A stretch of DNA of 64,000 bases from Azolla caroliniana (Eukaryota; Plantae; Polypodiophyta), in the NCBI GenBank assembly GCA_043228905.1, contig JBHGNT010000007.1:2604001-2668000 (forward strand). The letters are read 5' to 3'. The position numbers and the translations under genes were made by a program. Below, piece after piece: positions 1-13,654 of the stretch; the first letter of the stretch is position 1, and every line of letters starts with the position of its first letter. The notes beneath the pieces are model-generated. The model saw nothing but the letters and a program-made list of their open reading frames with translations, had not been told where the DNA came from and did not search any database.

Positions 1-467
1 TCCGTCACATAACTCCAATATCCATGTCTAAGCAAAATAATAAACACGCTATACATCGAATGTGCTCAAAGAGCACTTTTATACAAGTCCTTAAAAGGAC
101 TGACACAAGTACCGTCAATACGTGAATGCTCATAAATGAGCTCCTGCATTAACTCCCAAATATATTCCTTCGTGGAATATCTTTCCAACGGCCTTCCGGC
201 TCCTGCCAATCCAACCTTGCCGATCAATCTCTGTTTGATCCGGCCCTCGACTTCTTCAGCCGATCCGGCCCAAGTTGAGATTGCTTGTTCAACATGATGG
301 GTATAAAGGCAATATCTATGACCTTCTATACCCTCCCAAGTGTGAAAGGAACATAATTATAATTCAATTAATTAAATAAAAAGTATAATGGTGAATTTAA
401 AAACTTATAGAAGAGTTTAGGGTTTTTGGCCCAAGTTGAGGTTGCTTGCTCAACGTGATGGGGTATG

Positions 468-1085
468 TGACAGGAGCTGCACGCTCCCTATACGCAACGC
501 TCGGCCACAACCAAGCTTAGAATCATACACAGAAAACGGGAAATAGATGTTCGACACAGAAAGAGAAGAGTACACAGGATGTTTACATGGAAAACCCAAA
601 CTAGGGAAAAAACCACGGCAGCCCACAGGCTGCAAACTATCACTATGTTGGAATGTACAACAGTGAGTTCACGGAGGCAACGACCTCGTGCTCACGATCT
701 TCGCCATAGGCGGCGGTTACAATCAGAGGCAACGACCTCTTCTTCTCTCTCTCACTCTCTGTACACTGTTACACACTCTGGTCTCGCATAGACAAGAATA
801 ACAACCACAGAATAACAACTACTAAAAGTTTTCCCTAAGTCATATTTATACTAATATGACTTTTCGGCTATTTACAAATATAGCCATGATGGACTCTCAG
901 AAACATATTTACGAATATGTCTCTTCATCCGGTTCTCACCGGGTCTGTACCGTCCGGCTCTCCGTAGTCGAATACTCCTCATCCGGTCTTCACCGGGTCT
1001 GTACCATCTGGCTCTCCGTAGCCGGGAGTTTGTTCATCGGCACTGGTCTTCTCCCTTCCCATCCGGAGGGACCTGTCTCCCAACA
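468..1085 (-). repeat. 3' LTR of the Copia element
   Basis: Matches 5163-5783 with about 20 substitutions and one 3-bp indel (counted by eye). Contains two 54-bp internal repeats. Confidence 0.95.
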
Positions 1086-1095
1086 AACTCCCCCT

Positions 1096-4000
1096 TCACT
1101 CCGGCATGGGGTGTCTTACCAGTCTGATCCTCTTCCGGCATGCATCCAGCTTGTCGGGTATCAACACTTTGGTCAGCATATCTGACCCATTCTCGGACGT
1201 GTGGATCTCCGTCAGTGCAAACTCCTGGTCATCTACTCTTTCCTGGATCCAGTGATATCTTCGCTGGATATGCTTCGTTCGGGAATGGTAGGCCGCATTC
1301 TTAGCAAGGTGGATGACACTTTGTCTGTCGCAATAGAGCCGGTATTCATCTTGTCGGATACCGAGCTCTCCGATGAAGTCCTTCATCCATAATATTTCCT
1401 TGCCAACTTCCACAGCCGCCATGTACTCTGCCTCCGTGGTTGACAATGCAACCGTCTTCGGCAGCATCGACTGCCACGAAACAGCTCCCCCTGCATATGT
1501 CATTACATACCCGGATGTAGACCGGTTGGTATCCACATCAGCCGACATGTCCGAATCGGTGAAACCGTCAAGTTGAGGTTTTCCGGAGCCGAATCGGAGA
1601 CACATATTTGAAGTGCCCTTCAAATACCGGAGTATCCATTTGACCGCGTTCCAGTGCTCCTTGTCGGGATTGCTCATAAACCGGCTCACCACTCCGACTG
1701 CGTATCCTATATCCGGTCGGGTACACACCATTGCGTACATCAAGCTCTCGACGGCAGAGGCATATAGAATCTTCATCATATCCGCCTTCTCTGCTTTCGT
1801 CTTCGGGCTTTGCTTACCGGATAACCTGCAGTTTGCCGGAAGTGTCGATCCGACCGGTTTCGCGTCTGACATGTTGAACCGGTAAAGCACCTTTGTCACA
1901 TACTTCTCCTGTGACAACCACAATTGCTTCACTGACCGGTTCCGGATAATATGCATCCTGAGCATCTGTTTTGCCGAACCCAAGTCTTTCATTGAGAAGG
2001 TCCGGTTGAGGGCCTTCTTCAGCATCCGTATTTTGGCTTGGTCCCGTCCGACGATCAACATGTCGTCCACGTACAGAAGGAGTATCAGGAAGTCGCCTCC
2101 TTCGAACTTCTTCACAAACACGCAGTGATTGGCCTGCGTCTTGTGGTACCCTTGATCGGTCATGAAGGAATCGAACTTCCGGTACCATTGTCGGGGAGCC
2201 TGCTTTAGTCCGTACAGGCTCTTCTTCAGCCGGCATACAGGTGCTCCTTCCCTTTCTCCACGAATCCTTCCGGTTGTTGCATGTAGAACTCCTCTTCAAG
2301 GTCGCCGTGAAGGAATGTCGTCTTCACGTCTAGCTGCTCTACCTCGAGGTCCATGCTTGCCGCTATACTCAGCACCGTCCGGATGGAGGTCATCTTTACT
2401 ACCGGGGCAAATATCTCGTCGAAGTCCACGCCCTTCTTCTGTTGCAACCCCTTCACCACGATCCTGGCTTTGTATCTCGGGGGGTTGCCAGCATCTCCCG
2501 GTTTCAACTTGTAGACCCACTTATTTCGGAGTGCCCGCTTCCCTTTCGGCATCTCCACCAATTCGTACGTATGGTTCTCATGCAGGGAATCCATCTCGTC
2601 CTACATGGCACTTAACCATTTTCGGCTGTGAGTGTCATCCTTTGCTTCTTCGAAGCTTTCTAACTCCCCCTCATCGGTCAGCAGAACATGCTCTGCATCC
2701 GGAAATCTTCGAGGTGCCCTTCTCTCTCTGAGAGGATATCTCCGTCTCTGGGCTTCGGTATCCGGCTCCTCTATTTACTCTTCATCTGAATCTGATTCAG
2801 GGTCTTGGCCGGTTCCGGTTTCAGCTTCCTCTACTTCTCCTTCTGCCGGTTCGATATCCTCACCGTAACCGGCTGGCTCCTCGAGTGCTAACCGATCTCT
2901 TGCCGGTTGGGTCTGTTCATTGTAGAGTCTATCCTTACCGCTCGACTCAGAGTTCATTATCTTCTTCTCCAACTCCCAGTCGGCAAGCGTCTTGTCCTCC
3001 ATGAAGATAATATCTCGGCTCCGGAATACCTTCTTTTCGACCAGGTCCCACACTCGGTAGCCAAACTCATCGTCACCGTAACCGAGGAATATGCATGGCT
3101 GGGTCTTTGGATCTAGCTTTCCTCTTTAGTCCTTAGCTACATGCACATACGCAAGACACCCGAACACCTTCAAATGTCGGTAGGATACTTCCTTACCGGT
3201 CCATACTCTCTATGGCGTGTCTCCGTCCAAGGGTACTGAGGGTGATCTATTTATCACATATGTCGCCGTCGACAATGCCTCAGCCCAAAACTTCTTGGGT
3301 AGTTTTGCATGCGCTAGCATACTCCGGACCTTCTCCATTATGGTCTGGTTCATCCTCTCGGCCAGTCCATTTAGTTCCAGCGTCTTCGGCACGGTAAATT
3401 CGAGCCGGATTCCCTTCGAGCGGTAGTACTCCTCGAACTGCCCCCGGTATTCTCCTCCGTTATCTGCTCAAACCGCCTTCAGCTTCCAGTCGATTTCTCT
3501 TTCCACTCTCGCGTGGAGCTCTTTGAAGACGGATAGCACCTGATCCTTCGTCTTCAACGGTGTGGCCCACAGCTTCCGGTTGTGGTCATCTATGAACGTC
3601 ACGAAGTACTGCGCTCCGGCATGTGATTTCGTGTCTACTTGACACACATCCGTATGCACCAACTCCAGTGATGCATTACGTCTCATCAGTGGTCTTGGTC
3701 GGAAAGAGGTCCAGTTTTGCTTACCAACCAGACAATCAGTGCACTTCTCCAAATGCACGTTCTTCAATGGAATGAGGTTGTCGTCTGCAAGCCTCTTCAT
3801 CCCCTTCTCGCTCATGTGACACAGTCTTTTGTGCCACAGCTCACCGGCAGTGTCGGATGCCACGTTCACTTCCTCCGAACATAACCGGGCATTCATGAGG
3901 TATAATGTGTTTACCTTTCGGGCCCGAGCCACAATCAGGCTCCCTTTGCTGAACTTCGTGACACCGTTCCGGATGCTACCCGTCTAGCCTTCATCATCTA

Positions 4001-5133
4001 GCCGACCGGCTGATATCAGGTTCAGTCGGAACGTGTCGAACATCCTTCAGCAACAACTTGCATCCGGTTGGTGTTGATAGCCACACGTCTCCTATGCCGA
4101 CAATTCTACATGTACCTTCATTCCCCATCCGGACACAGCCGTGATCACCAGCTGAGTAGGATGAGAAGCATTTCCGGTCCGGGGTAAGGTGGAACGACGC
4201 TCCGGAGTCTACCACCCAGGTCATCTCGTCGCCGGCAAGGTTTATCTCACTCTCCTCGGTGATGAGCATCAACTCTTCTTCACTTGCCGCGATTGTCATC
4301 GTTCCCTTCCGGTCCGGCCCCCTCCGGTCTTTGTTGTTCCGGTCCGGGGTCCGCTTCGAATCAGTACCGTCGGTCTCCTTATCTTTTCGGAAATGCCGAC
4401 AGTTCTTTTGGAAGTGTCCCGGCTTGCCGCAATAGAAGCAAGTAGGCCTCCCCCTTGACTTTGACCGTGTCCCTGACTTTTCCCGGTTCTGGGGACTACG
4501 GTTTCTGTGTCTTTCGCGTTTCGATTCAGTAAGGAGCGCTTTGGAGTCGGAGCTCGTATCCTTATCTTTCCGACGCGCCTCCTCATCCAGCAAGCTCGAC
4601 TTCACTCTTGCTAGGGATAGCCGTTTTCCTTCCGGCCCGGCGTTGCCCAAAGTGACAACCAACGTCTCCCAGCTATCCGGGAGGGAACCGAGCAGGAGTA
4701 GTGCTAGTACCTCGTCGGCGAGAGGTACTTCCAATGAAGTTGCCTGGTGGATCAGCCCCTGGAAGGCATGCATGTGCTCCGCCATGCTGGAGCCATCTTG
4801 GTACCGGAGTCTTACTAGCTTCCGGAATACCGAAACCTGATTAACAACATTTTTGTTCTGAAACATAATGCCGATCTTCTCCCAGAGCTCATGAGCCTTG
4901 CTCTCTTCATTGAAGTTGTTGTATAGGCTCATGTCGATGAAGCACCGTATGTACGTCGTTGTCTTCATGTGCATCACCTCCCATATCGCGGCGTCGATTT
5001 TGTCTGGTCTCTTGTCCCCGAACTGAACCGGCAGCCAGAGGTCTTTAACCACGAGCATGTCGCTCATCTTCGACTTTCATACTGAATAGTTGGAGCCGGT
5101 GAGCTTGAACATGCCTCCCAATGAATCGTCCAT
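1096..5133 (-). pseudogene. Copia gag-pol, broken by stops and frameshifts
   Basis: ORF fragments contain the zinc knuckle CFYCGKPGHFQKNC, protease WVVDSGAS, integrase LWHKRLCH/LVHTDV/NGLAER, RT YVDDML and RNase H SDMSAD/STTEAEY. Confidence 0.95.
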
Positions 5134-5162
5134 TTTCTGTGTAGTTTTGCTCTGATACCATT

Positions 5163-5783
5163 TGACAGGAGTTGCACGCTTCCTATACGCAACGTTTGGC
5201 CACAACCAAGCTTAGAATCATACACAGAAAACGGGAAATAGATGTTCGACACAGAAAGAGAAGAGTACACAGGATGTTTACGTGGAAAACCCAAACTAGG
5301 GAAAAAACCACGGCAGCCCACAGGCTGCAAACTATCACTATGTTGGAATGTACAACAGTGAGTTCACGGAGGCAACGACCTCGTGCTCACGATCTTCGCC
5401 ACAAGCGGCGGTTACAATCAGAGGCAACGACCTCTTCTTCTCTCTCTCACTCGCTGTACACTGTTACACACTCTGGTCTCGCGTAGACAAGAATAACAAC
5501 CACAGAATAACAACAACTACTAAAAGTTTGCCCTAAGTCATATTTATACTAATATGACTTTTCGGCTATTTACAAATATAGCCATGATGGACTCTCAGAA
5601 ACATATTTACGAATATGTCTCTTTATCTGGTTCTCACCGGGTCTGTACCATCCGGCTCTCCGTAGCCGGGTACTCCTCATCCGGTCTTCACCGGGTATGT
5701 ACCATCCGGCTCTCCGTAGCCGGAAGTTTGTTAATCGGCACTGTTCTTCTCCCTTCCCATCCGGAGGGACCTGTCTCCCAACA
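5163..5783 (-). repeat. 5' LTR of the Copia element
   Basis: Adjacent to the PBS. Direct repeat of 468-1085. Confidence 0.95.
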
Positions 5784-6903
5784 GTATGAAGGCAATATCT
5801 ATGACCTTCTATACCCTCCCAAGTGTGAAAAGAACATAATTATAATTCAATTAAATAAAAAAGAAGTATAATGGTGAATTTATAAACTTATAGAAGGGTT
5901 TAGGGTTTCCGGCCCAAGTTGAGCTTGCTCGCTCAACATGATGGGGTATAAAAGCAATATCTATGACCTTCCTTCTATACCCTCCCAAGTGTGAAAGGAA
6001 CATAATTATAATTCAATTAAATAAAAAAGAAGTATAACAATGAATTTATAAACTTATACAAGGGTTCTTGATCATTTTAACATACTCCCTAGACCTAAAG
6101 CTTACACATTTTTCTCTCCTTAATCATTCTCCTAATTATATAAGAACCTAATCTTTGTATCTCTAATAACTTGTACTTGTCTAAGTGGATCAATGGAAGT
6201 TCAACCGAATCGGTGACTTATTGTCTTTCATTCTTTTGTCAAGTGTGTGGAAACATGGTAAAGTCTCTTGATGCTTAAGTATTTGCACCTTGATGAAAGG
6301 GGATACGTGAGCATTTATTAAAATATGTGGGCCTCTTCTCTCACTATAATGGGGAGGGGAGTGCTCACTTCGGGGTTCGCTCATTTGTTTTGGAGTTTTG
6401 AGAGGATTGTGAACTTCCCCTTCTTCTCCTCTTTTTCTAGGGTTTTAGGTAGAAGAATTCCTTCTTTCTTACTATTAGAGTTATTTTAGCATTCCATCTA
6501 AGTTAAGAGGGAGAGTGGATATTGGGCTACTTCTTCCTAGGTTGAGTTTAGGGTTTAGGAGTCATCTTCTTCTCCTTCTACTAAATTTCCATTATGGTTG
6601 TGAGAAAGAAGGGTTTCTTCTTGTTTGGGAGAGGAGTGTAGGATATGAGGGAGGATGTACTCAAAGAGAGAGAAGATTCAATACGAGAGTAATGGAACAC
6701 CACATCAACAAAATGTGTGCTAACATCAGTCGTGAGCTCGCTGCACCGAAACTGAAATGTATGTAGACGCACATTTTCATGCTATCGAGTATTCAAATTT
6801 TCTTAATGGTATTTTCAATTCCTCGAAGAGACAAAGAGAGGAAACTAGTTGAAATGGTAATTTGCAAGAAGTATGATAGCTTGTTAGATGGGCATTATTA
6901 TTA

Positions 6904-7195
6904 GGGAAAAGTACCAGGATACCCCTGGAAGTTCGTCTATTTACCAGAATGGCCCTGGAAGTTCCAAATTTACCAAACTACCCCTATGTCCAACAAATTA
7001 CACTTTATAAAGTAATTATACACTCAAATCTTTGATACATAGGGCTAGTTCGGCTCCATTTCTTCCATCTTTGGTAAATAGGGCTTGTAGATTTGAGTGT
7101 ATAATTACTTTATAAAGTGTAATTTTTTGGACATAGGGGTAGTTTGGTAAATTTGGAACTTCCAGGGGTATCCTGGTACTTTTCCCTAATATCCC
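6904..7195. mobile_element. Mutator-like MITE with long TIRs
   Basis: Runs GGGAAAAGTACCAGGATACCCCTGGAAGTTC ... GAACTTCCAGGGGTATCCTGGTACTTTTCCC with ~100-bp inverted arms. The 9-mer TTATTATTA flanks both sides (6895-6903 and 7196-7204). Confidence 0.8.
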
Positions 7196-7390
7196 TTATT
7201 ATTATTAAACCATCATCTCCACCATGAAGGGTGAACACATATATATATATATGCATAATTTTCATATAGAATGTTTTTCCTACATATTATTAATCCATTC
7301 ATAAGAAGGAGACAAATACAAGTTTACATGTTTACTTAGTCCAAGAGATGAATTTTGGCCTTGTAATGGACAATATAAAATCTCCTCTAT

Positions 7391-7421
<31 letters not shown>

Positions 7422-7506
7422 ATTTTTACTTTTGATGAATGGGTAAATATCTCTTTTTGTTGTTAACCAATTGTCTCATGGGCCAATTTTGGCCTTAGAA
7501 GACGTT

Positions 7507-7512
<6 letters not shown>

Positions 7513-7566
<54 letters not shown>
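7513..7566. repeat. (CT)n microsatellite
   Basis: Read directly. A shorter (CT)n lies at ~7392-7414. Confidence 0.95.
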
Positions 7567-7569
<3 letters not shown>

Positions 7570-8640
7570 AACTAGAGGATAGCCTACTAGAGGCATTAAG
7601 AATGAAGTGGTAAGATTCTAAAATCTCAAATTTGGAATATTGCATTGCAAATGTCAACCCCTAATACGGTAAAAATGCCAAAATGTATCCAACTGCATCT
7701 TACTACTGACATGAGCCTTAGCTCTTGTAGAGCCTTAACATATTGTCAAACTCACTCACACAAGTTAAGTGTCAAGATAGCATCATGACATCATCGGCCA
7801 AGTATGAAGATATGTAAGGATACAAAGAAAATTGTGGAGGATCAATATCACTTACTTTTGAATGCGCAATATATATATAAGGTAATTCGAGAGAAGTATA
7901 ACGACGTGTTAGGCAAGCATGAAAATTGAAGTCGTACTCAAATCTCCACAAAGAAAGATGAGCACAAGTTTGATGCATTCTTTTCACATAGAGATATTTT
8001 ACTAAAAAATAGTGACCCCCCATATTAGCAAGGATACGTGATGTTTATTTGGTCAGTCAAATTTGGCGTCCTTGTGGATGATAAAAAATGTATTCCAATC
8101 TCTGTCCCCATTCCATTGTTTACTCACATTAATACCATTGTCCATGCCAATGATGCATACAACAATTACTTACCAATAGGGCCATGGCATAAAAAAATGA
8201 GACGTATGAAGGTATGCAATGAAGATTGAGTGGATCACAAGTCTCATTCACTTCTCACATGTTCAACATATAACATGATTCATAGAGATGATGGTGACTT
8301 GTTAAGTGGGCATCAACACAAATTTTTATGTGTAGTTCCTACTCTATGTTGGTGCAAGAATATCTCCTCTACCAAAGATTTATCTTGGGTTTACCCTAAT
8401 CTAGTTAATTGTTAAATGCTACATGATCTTCCCCTATGCAACTTTCACATCTTGATTGATTAACCTATTGTCAATGCCATTATGGTTTTTCTTAAAACAT
8501 TATACTTTATTGGATTTCATATCATAAAGACATCTCCATCCGGTAATGTCATAAGTTAGTACAAAGAAAAAGAGAAAATTTTCACAATGAAAATGTCTTA
8601 TTTATTTGAGATTTTATATGTGGAACATAGGTCCTACATT

Positions 8641-9829
8641 TCAAGTCCATTGGCCAGGGCCAGCATCCTCATAGGTGGAACCGGCACCAATTTGATCAAT
8701 CCACACTTTACGAGTCGATTGGGTACCCACAAGTCCACCATCGTTAGTCCAACTAATCGCATTGAGACCGATCCGTAAATTCAAAGGGGTGTCATCTGCA
8801 ACAGTGGTGGCGATGTTAGATACATCCAAGACTTTTTCACCATCAAACCAAACCTTGTAAACGCCTGTGGCACCACTTTTCCATGATGCATAGATCACAA
8901 CCCGATGCCAATCATCGGCAGACACTGTCGCTAGGTTGGGGAACACAGTGGCTGTTGCACTACAAGGTGAGCCTGTGTTCACTCGAGAGTATAGTTGATT
9001 GCCTACCAACCAAATCCGACTAGTGGGAACAAGCTTTGTACATCCAAAGTTAGCTCGAAATTGGGCCAAGATGTAGCTTTGACTTGTGAACTCCCAAGTA
9101 GGTTGAAGTCTAAAAGCAAAGCCATAGAAACCCTCGTCTCCACGACTATATACGCCATTCTTCACGACCTCTGATTGATAATCCCCATCGTAAGATGCAT
9201 CATATATTTGTATGCAACGTATTGATGTGGTTCCTTTGTAAGCCTCATTAGTCACCTCTTTCACTGACCCAAGGTTGTCCTACAATGTTGTGCGTAGATG
9301 TTTAAGGTTATCCATAAATCAATCAATCAATATAAAATCAAATAAAATGTACCATTCTACAAGGTTATAACAATCCCCACAATAATTGTAGGATGAATTT
9401 ACAATTTAACATGCAAAGTCTAATGTCTAAGGTTATCTTTTGTCCATATTCCAAATTTGACTCCAATCAAACTTATTCTTCTCTAGCACAAAGAAAAAGT
9501 AACTCACGCAAAATTATAACTTGCCCATGAGGGTATCATGGATGGGCTCATCATAGAACTAGATTCTTTAGTCTTGGCAAGGTTGAGTGTAAAATATCAC
9601 TAGAATCTTATTTTTACTTTAGACCTCCATTAGATAGCTAATTATGAGAAAGATTAAAGCACATTAATTATCATTTGTGATTGGTTTACATTACCTCTGT
9701 GATAGCATCCCAACCATTGAGGTTACCTCTATTGTGAAAGAGGACGGTTGCTTCTATCGATTGCACAACAACTATCACCACTAACGTTAGCCACATAATT
9801 GGCCCTAATCCTTGCTTTCCCATCATCAT
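8641..9829 (-). CDS. Secreted PL20 (glucuronan lyase)-like protein, 2 exons (9829-9695, 9279-8641), ~257 aa
   Basis: Exon 1 encodes MMMGKQGLGPIMWLTLVVIVVVQSIEATVLFHNRGNLNGWDAITE (signal peptide plus mature N-terminus). A GT-AG phase-0 intron spans 9694-9280. Exon 2 has SEV, GFYGFAFRL, SYILAQF, PNLATVSADDWHRVV, YKVWFDGEKV, NIATTVADD and GTQSTRKVWIDQI, colinear with my recollection of Trichoderma reesei TrGL. Confidence 0.85.
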
Positions 9830-9894
9830 GATTGAATTCAATCTTAATTTCTATTGCTTGGATGCTCTTGCTCTTCTCATAGCCTCTTTACATC

Positions 9895-9910
9895 TTTATA
9901 TATATATATT
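9895..9910 (-). promoter_or_regulatory. Putative TATA box of the PL20-like gene
   Basis: TATATATAAAG on minus, about 70 bp upstream of the ATG. Confidence 0.45.
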
Positions 9911-12900
9911 TGGCCATTGACTTTTCTAGAGATAGAGATAAAATTTTAGTATGGTGTTACAAAATATAAATTCAAAGATTTAATGTGATCTAATTTGTGT
10001 TGACATTAACCTCACTTTGTATTTCAGTTAGCTCCCACTTGTGAAGAGCCTACCACAATGTCAATCAAGTTATGTCGTGTAATGCAATTGTCTAGGTTAG
10101 AAACCTATGAACTATAACGTAACATAGACGATGTAGTTTCCTCCATAGGTGGAGTTTGGTTTCAATTATGACATAGTGGGGGATATACCTTTTCTCTCTT
10201 ATTTTACCCTCCACTAGATTGTATCATTATATGCTTTGTATACGCTTATTGGATTGATAATGGAAACTATGGTGTAGTTTTTTTTTTTTAACATGACGAT
10301 GTAGAGTGTTATTCACAAGGTTTACATTGTGATGTCCTTGTGAGCTTTAGAAACCGTTCCTAGACTTTAGCAAAGTTTCACAACATTGACTTTCTTAATC
10401 AATCACTTCTGACTTACAGATCACATTTAGTCATTATCCATTGAGTATCTGTTGCTTCATTCTCATCTACAAATAGCTTACAAATATCAAAGTTAGGAAT
10501 GGAGTAAATAAAATATTCCATGGGTCGGTTATGTTCCTTAAAATGTCTACTGATTTGCTACTCCAATTCCCAAATTTGTTGACATAATTGGTAAAGTTTT
10601 TTTATGACTCACGGAGGTTACCAGTACCACCAGTACCACTTTCTCCCAATTCTACTATTTAATATAAATTTAATTACTTTTTGATATGATAAATAAAAAT
10701 GGTTTTGAGACCAACTAACTTTAAAGGTTAGCTTACCTTCTGGGTTTCTGTTCGCTATGTGACCAGTGTTATTAGCTCCATCTAGTTAACAATGAAAAAG
10801 GATAATCTGAAAATAAAAAATAACTTGCATATGATGAAATCAACCCAATTTTTGGTGCTCTCTTTTCTCTACATGTGAAAGGAACTCTTCTTTAACTTAA
10901 TGGGCAAATGATGAGAATTGAATTTACTTCATCCGTTGGGGAAAAAAGGCATTGAACTGTTCAACTATACATACAAAATCCTCTACTCTACGTATTGTAC
11001 ATTACATAATATGCTTGGTTTATTCACCATGATGAAATAATATTAATAAGCACTCCATCACATTGTGTCGTGTACTTAATATTTTTGTTAATTTTAGTAG
11101 GAGTTAGTGTTTGGGAAATGTTTCCACTAAGAGGATACTATGAGAATCTACAAACTTAATGGATTTTGGTTTAAAAATTATTACGAGTTGTGCTCCTTTG
11201 ATAATTAGATTTAAGCTCAAATTTGAATTCCTAACCGTACCATTAATTTCTCAAACTATTCTAATAATTTGTAGGAATTAAGGCATATTTGAGCTAAAGG
11301 AAAATATCCTCATCAGTGGAAAGAAACATCCACCCATCCAAGGTTTTTGAAAATGTCACAATGGTGAATAGAAAACTTTTACCCGTCAACATATATAAAG
11401 GATTGCTTATGTTTGTCATCCATGATGTACATATAACATTGTAAAGGACATGTCCAAAACAATTATATTTCAACTTGTAGGTTTGTAGTTATACTAGTGA
11501 TTAATAAGGATAATTCTTGTGATTTAGATACGCTATTAATGCATAAGTAGATTAAAATTTTATTTTATATTTGATTTTTATTTAATGAAAATAGCTTGCA
11601 CGAGATGTTGACTCATTATAAGGTGCAACTTTTGTTTTATTTTTTTGTTGATTTGGTTGGAGGGTTGGAATTTTCCACATTGTCAATTTATATCAAAGCT
11701 ATATGCATGAAATTTCATTGATGCATTACGCGATCATTTGTTGGTCGCACATGTACACACACGAGATAAAGATTTATGTCAAAGTACTATGTTAAAGATT
11801 TGGAAAATTGCATGCACGCACACGAAAGCAACAACAAGTCTTATGCAAAAAAATTAGGAAAGATGCATTGCATTGAATAATGAAGGAAAAGATGATATCT
11901 TATTATGAAAGATGAGAAATTGTCTTAAAAAATAGAGCACGACAAGGCTTGGAAAGATTTTTGTAATCAAGTTGAATGGGACCAATCTTCTCCATGGCTA
12001 ATGAAACTTTAAAGCATAGTCTCTACTTCATTCCTATCATTCGTTGCATCCGTGGTGATGTTTGTGATCATTTGTACACCAAATGAGATCAAATTTGAAG
12101 AGGTGTTATGTGAAGTAAATGGTGTAAAACTTCGAAGAGTAAGAAGAATACAAGAATTGTATCATTGCCAACAGCAATGAATATGTCATGAAATTTGTGC
12201 ACAATATCATATTTCTATAATATTATGTGAATTTATGTTTCCTTTGTGATGGATTATATCATCCTTCTATAACGTTGAGTAAATTTTATAATCATTTTTA
12301 TTATAGCAAGCTATAATATTATGTGAATTTATGAAAATGTCTTATATCTGTGCTTTGGACAATAGGCAAAAAAGTCTAGAATGTCGATAGCTACCAAGTA
12401 GAAATTTGTCATTCCAATGAGATTGACAAGCTTTAAGAAAGTATATGTCCCATGAAATGGTAAGTTGCACACATCAAATCCTAAGGGTGCTCCTTGATTA
12501 AAAATTGAAGCTCTAAAAACTAAATTGATTGAATCTTATTGCTATACACGACGTGAAATCTTCCATGCCTATAACATTTGCACCAGCATGCAATGACTTG
12601 TGCTCGACCATTATTATTCTTGATCAATGGATGGATATATGAAGATGACTATCCAAGTTATAACCTTAACTTTATGCGTTTTGCGTGGCATATATCCTCA
12701 TGTCAAAATAATCAACTTGAAGCCATTTCTACTAAGATCATGACCATTTCAAGTTTTCTAAAGTAAGTTCTCCAAGTAAACGAGGTTCTAATTTACACAC
12801 CTAGCACATGAGATACCAAAGCATCTCATTCCAATCAACATGTCCTATTTCAAATTGGACAAAGGAAATTCATTAGAGATATCTATTGAAAACTTTCTAA

Positions 12901-13654
12901 ACATTTCTTAGGGTTACAGCAATTGTAACAGGTGTTGAAGAACAACGATTTCCCAAGATCTTGTGATGCAAGTCAATGAAATTTTGGTTTATAACCTACA
13001 TATCTTCAAGGAGGAAGCAAATAATGTAAAGCAATTGATAATATCAAAGACCGGTTGAGTGATTGTCGATGATCTACTACGAAAGACCCCAAAGGAAGTT
13101 TTGAAGACTATTCTTTGTGTTTAATTGGCGTGTGCACAAAATAATAGTCATTATTTGCTTTATGTTTGTTTCGCATGTCAAAGACCAGTTTAGTGATCGT
13201 GGATAATTTATTGCAAAAGAGTTCGAAGGAAATATTAAAGGCTGTTCCTCATGTTTGTTTGAAGGAATTATCTTTACCTACATAGTACAAACATTGGACT
13301 CTTGGACTATTTTGTATATTGCATTTGGCCATTTTCATTTTAATACCAATGGAGTATATTTTTTTCGAAAAAAAAACAATTTCTTAGAGTCATTTTGTAC
13401 ATGAGATTATGTTTTTAGGAACAATACGATTTGATTAAGAGATTCAACCCATGGCCATGCACATTTAGGTGATTTAGCAAATAGTAAAGGCATGTGATTG
13501 TTGAAGCACATTTAGAGCCAATTATCTCCTTACCAAAATTTTGAAGAACATAATAAACAAACCACACAAGTTCACCAAATAGATTAAGAAAACTTTAAAC
13601 ATTGTTATGGTTCCAAGGCACAATATATAGCTACAACAACTAATGCGAGTATCA

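Larger units (their letters stand above)
468..5783 (-). mobile_element. Full-length Ty1/Copia LTR retrotransposon (degenerate)
   Basis: LTRs 468-1085 and 5163-5783 have TG..CA ends. TSD GTATG at 463-467 and 5784-5788. tRNA-iMet PBS TGGTATCAGAGC on minus at ~5149-5160. PPT at ~1086-1095. Domain order gag, PR, INT, RT, RH. Confidence 0.97.
267..6065. repeat. ~160-bp tandem repeat (about 3 units), split by the Copia insertion
   Basis: The unit ggcccaagttgag..caacatgatgggtat..ggcaatatctatgaccttctataccctcccaagtgtgaaa..aacttata starts at ~267, ~428 (continuing at 5789 after the Copia) and ~5911. Confidence 0.85.

Noticed and set aside
856-1085. ORFs with 18-aa repeats inside the LTRs (also at 5554, 62900 and 62952)
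   Set aside because: They are by-products of the 54-bp LTR repeats. They are not genes and not CRISPR, since there are no unique spacers.
6515-6772. Possible hAT dimerisation-domain fragment
   Set aside because: The similarity is too weak to support by eye.
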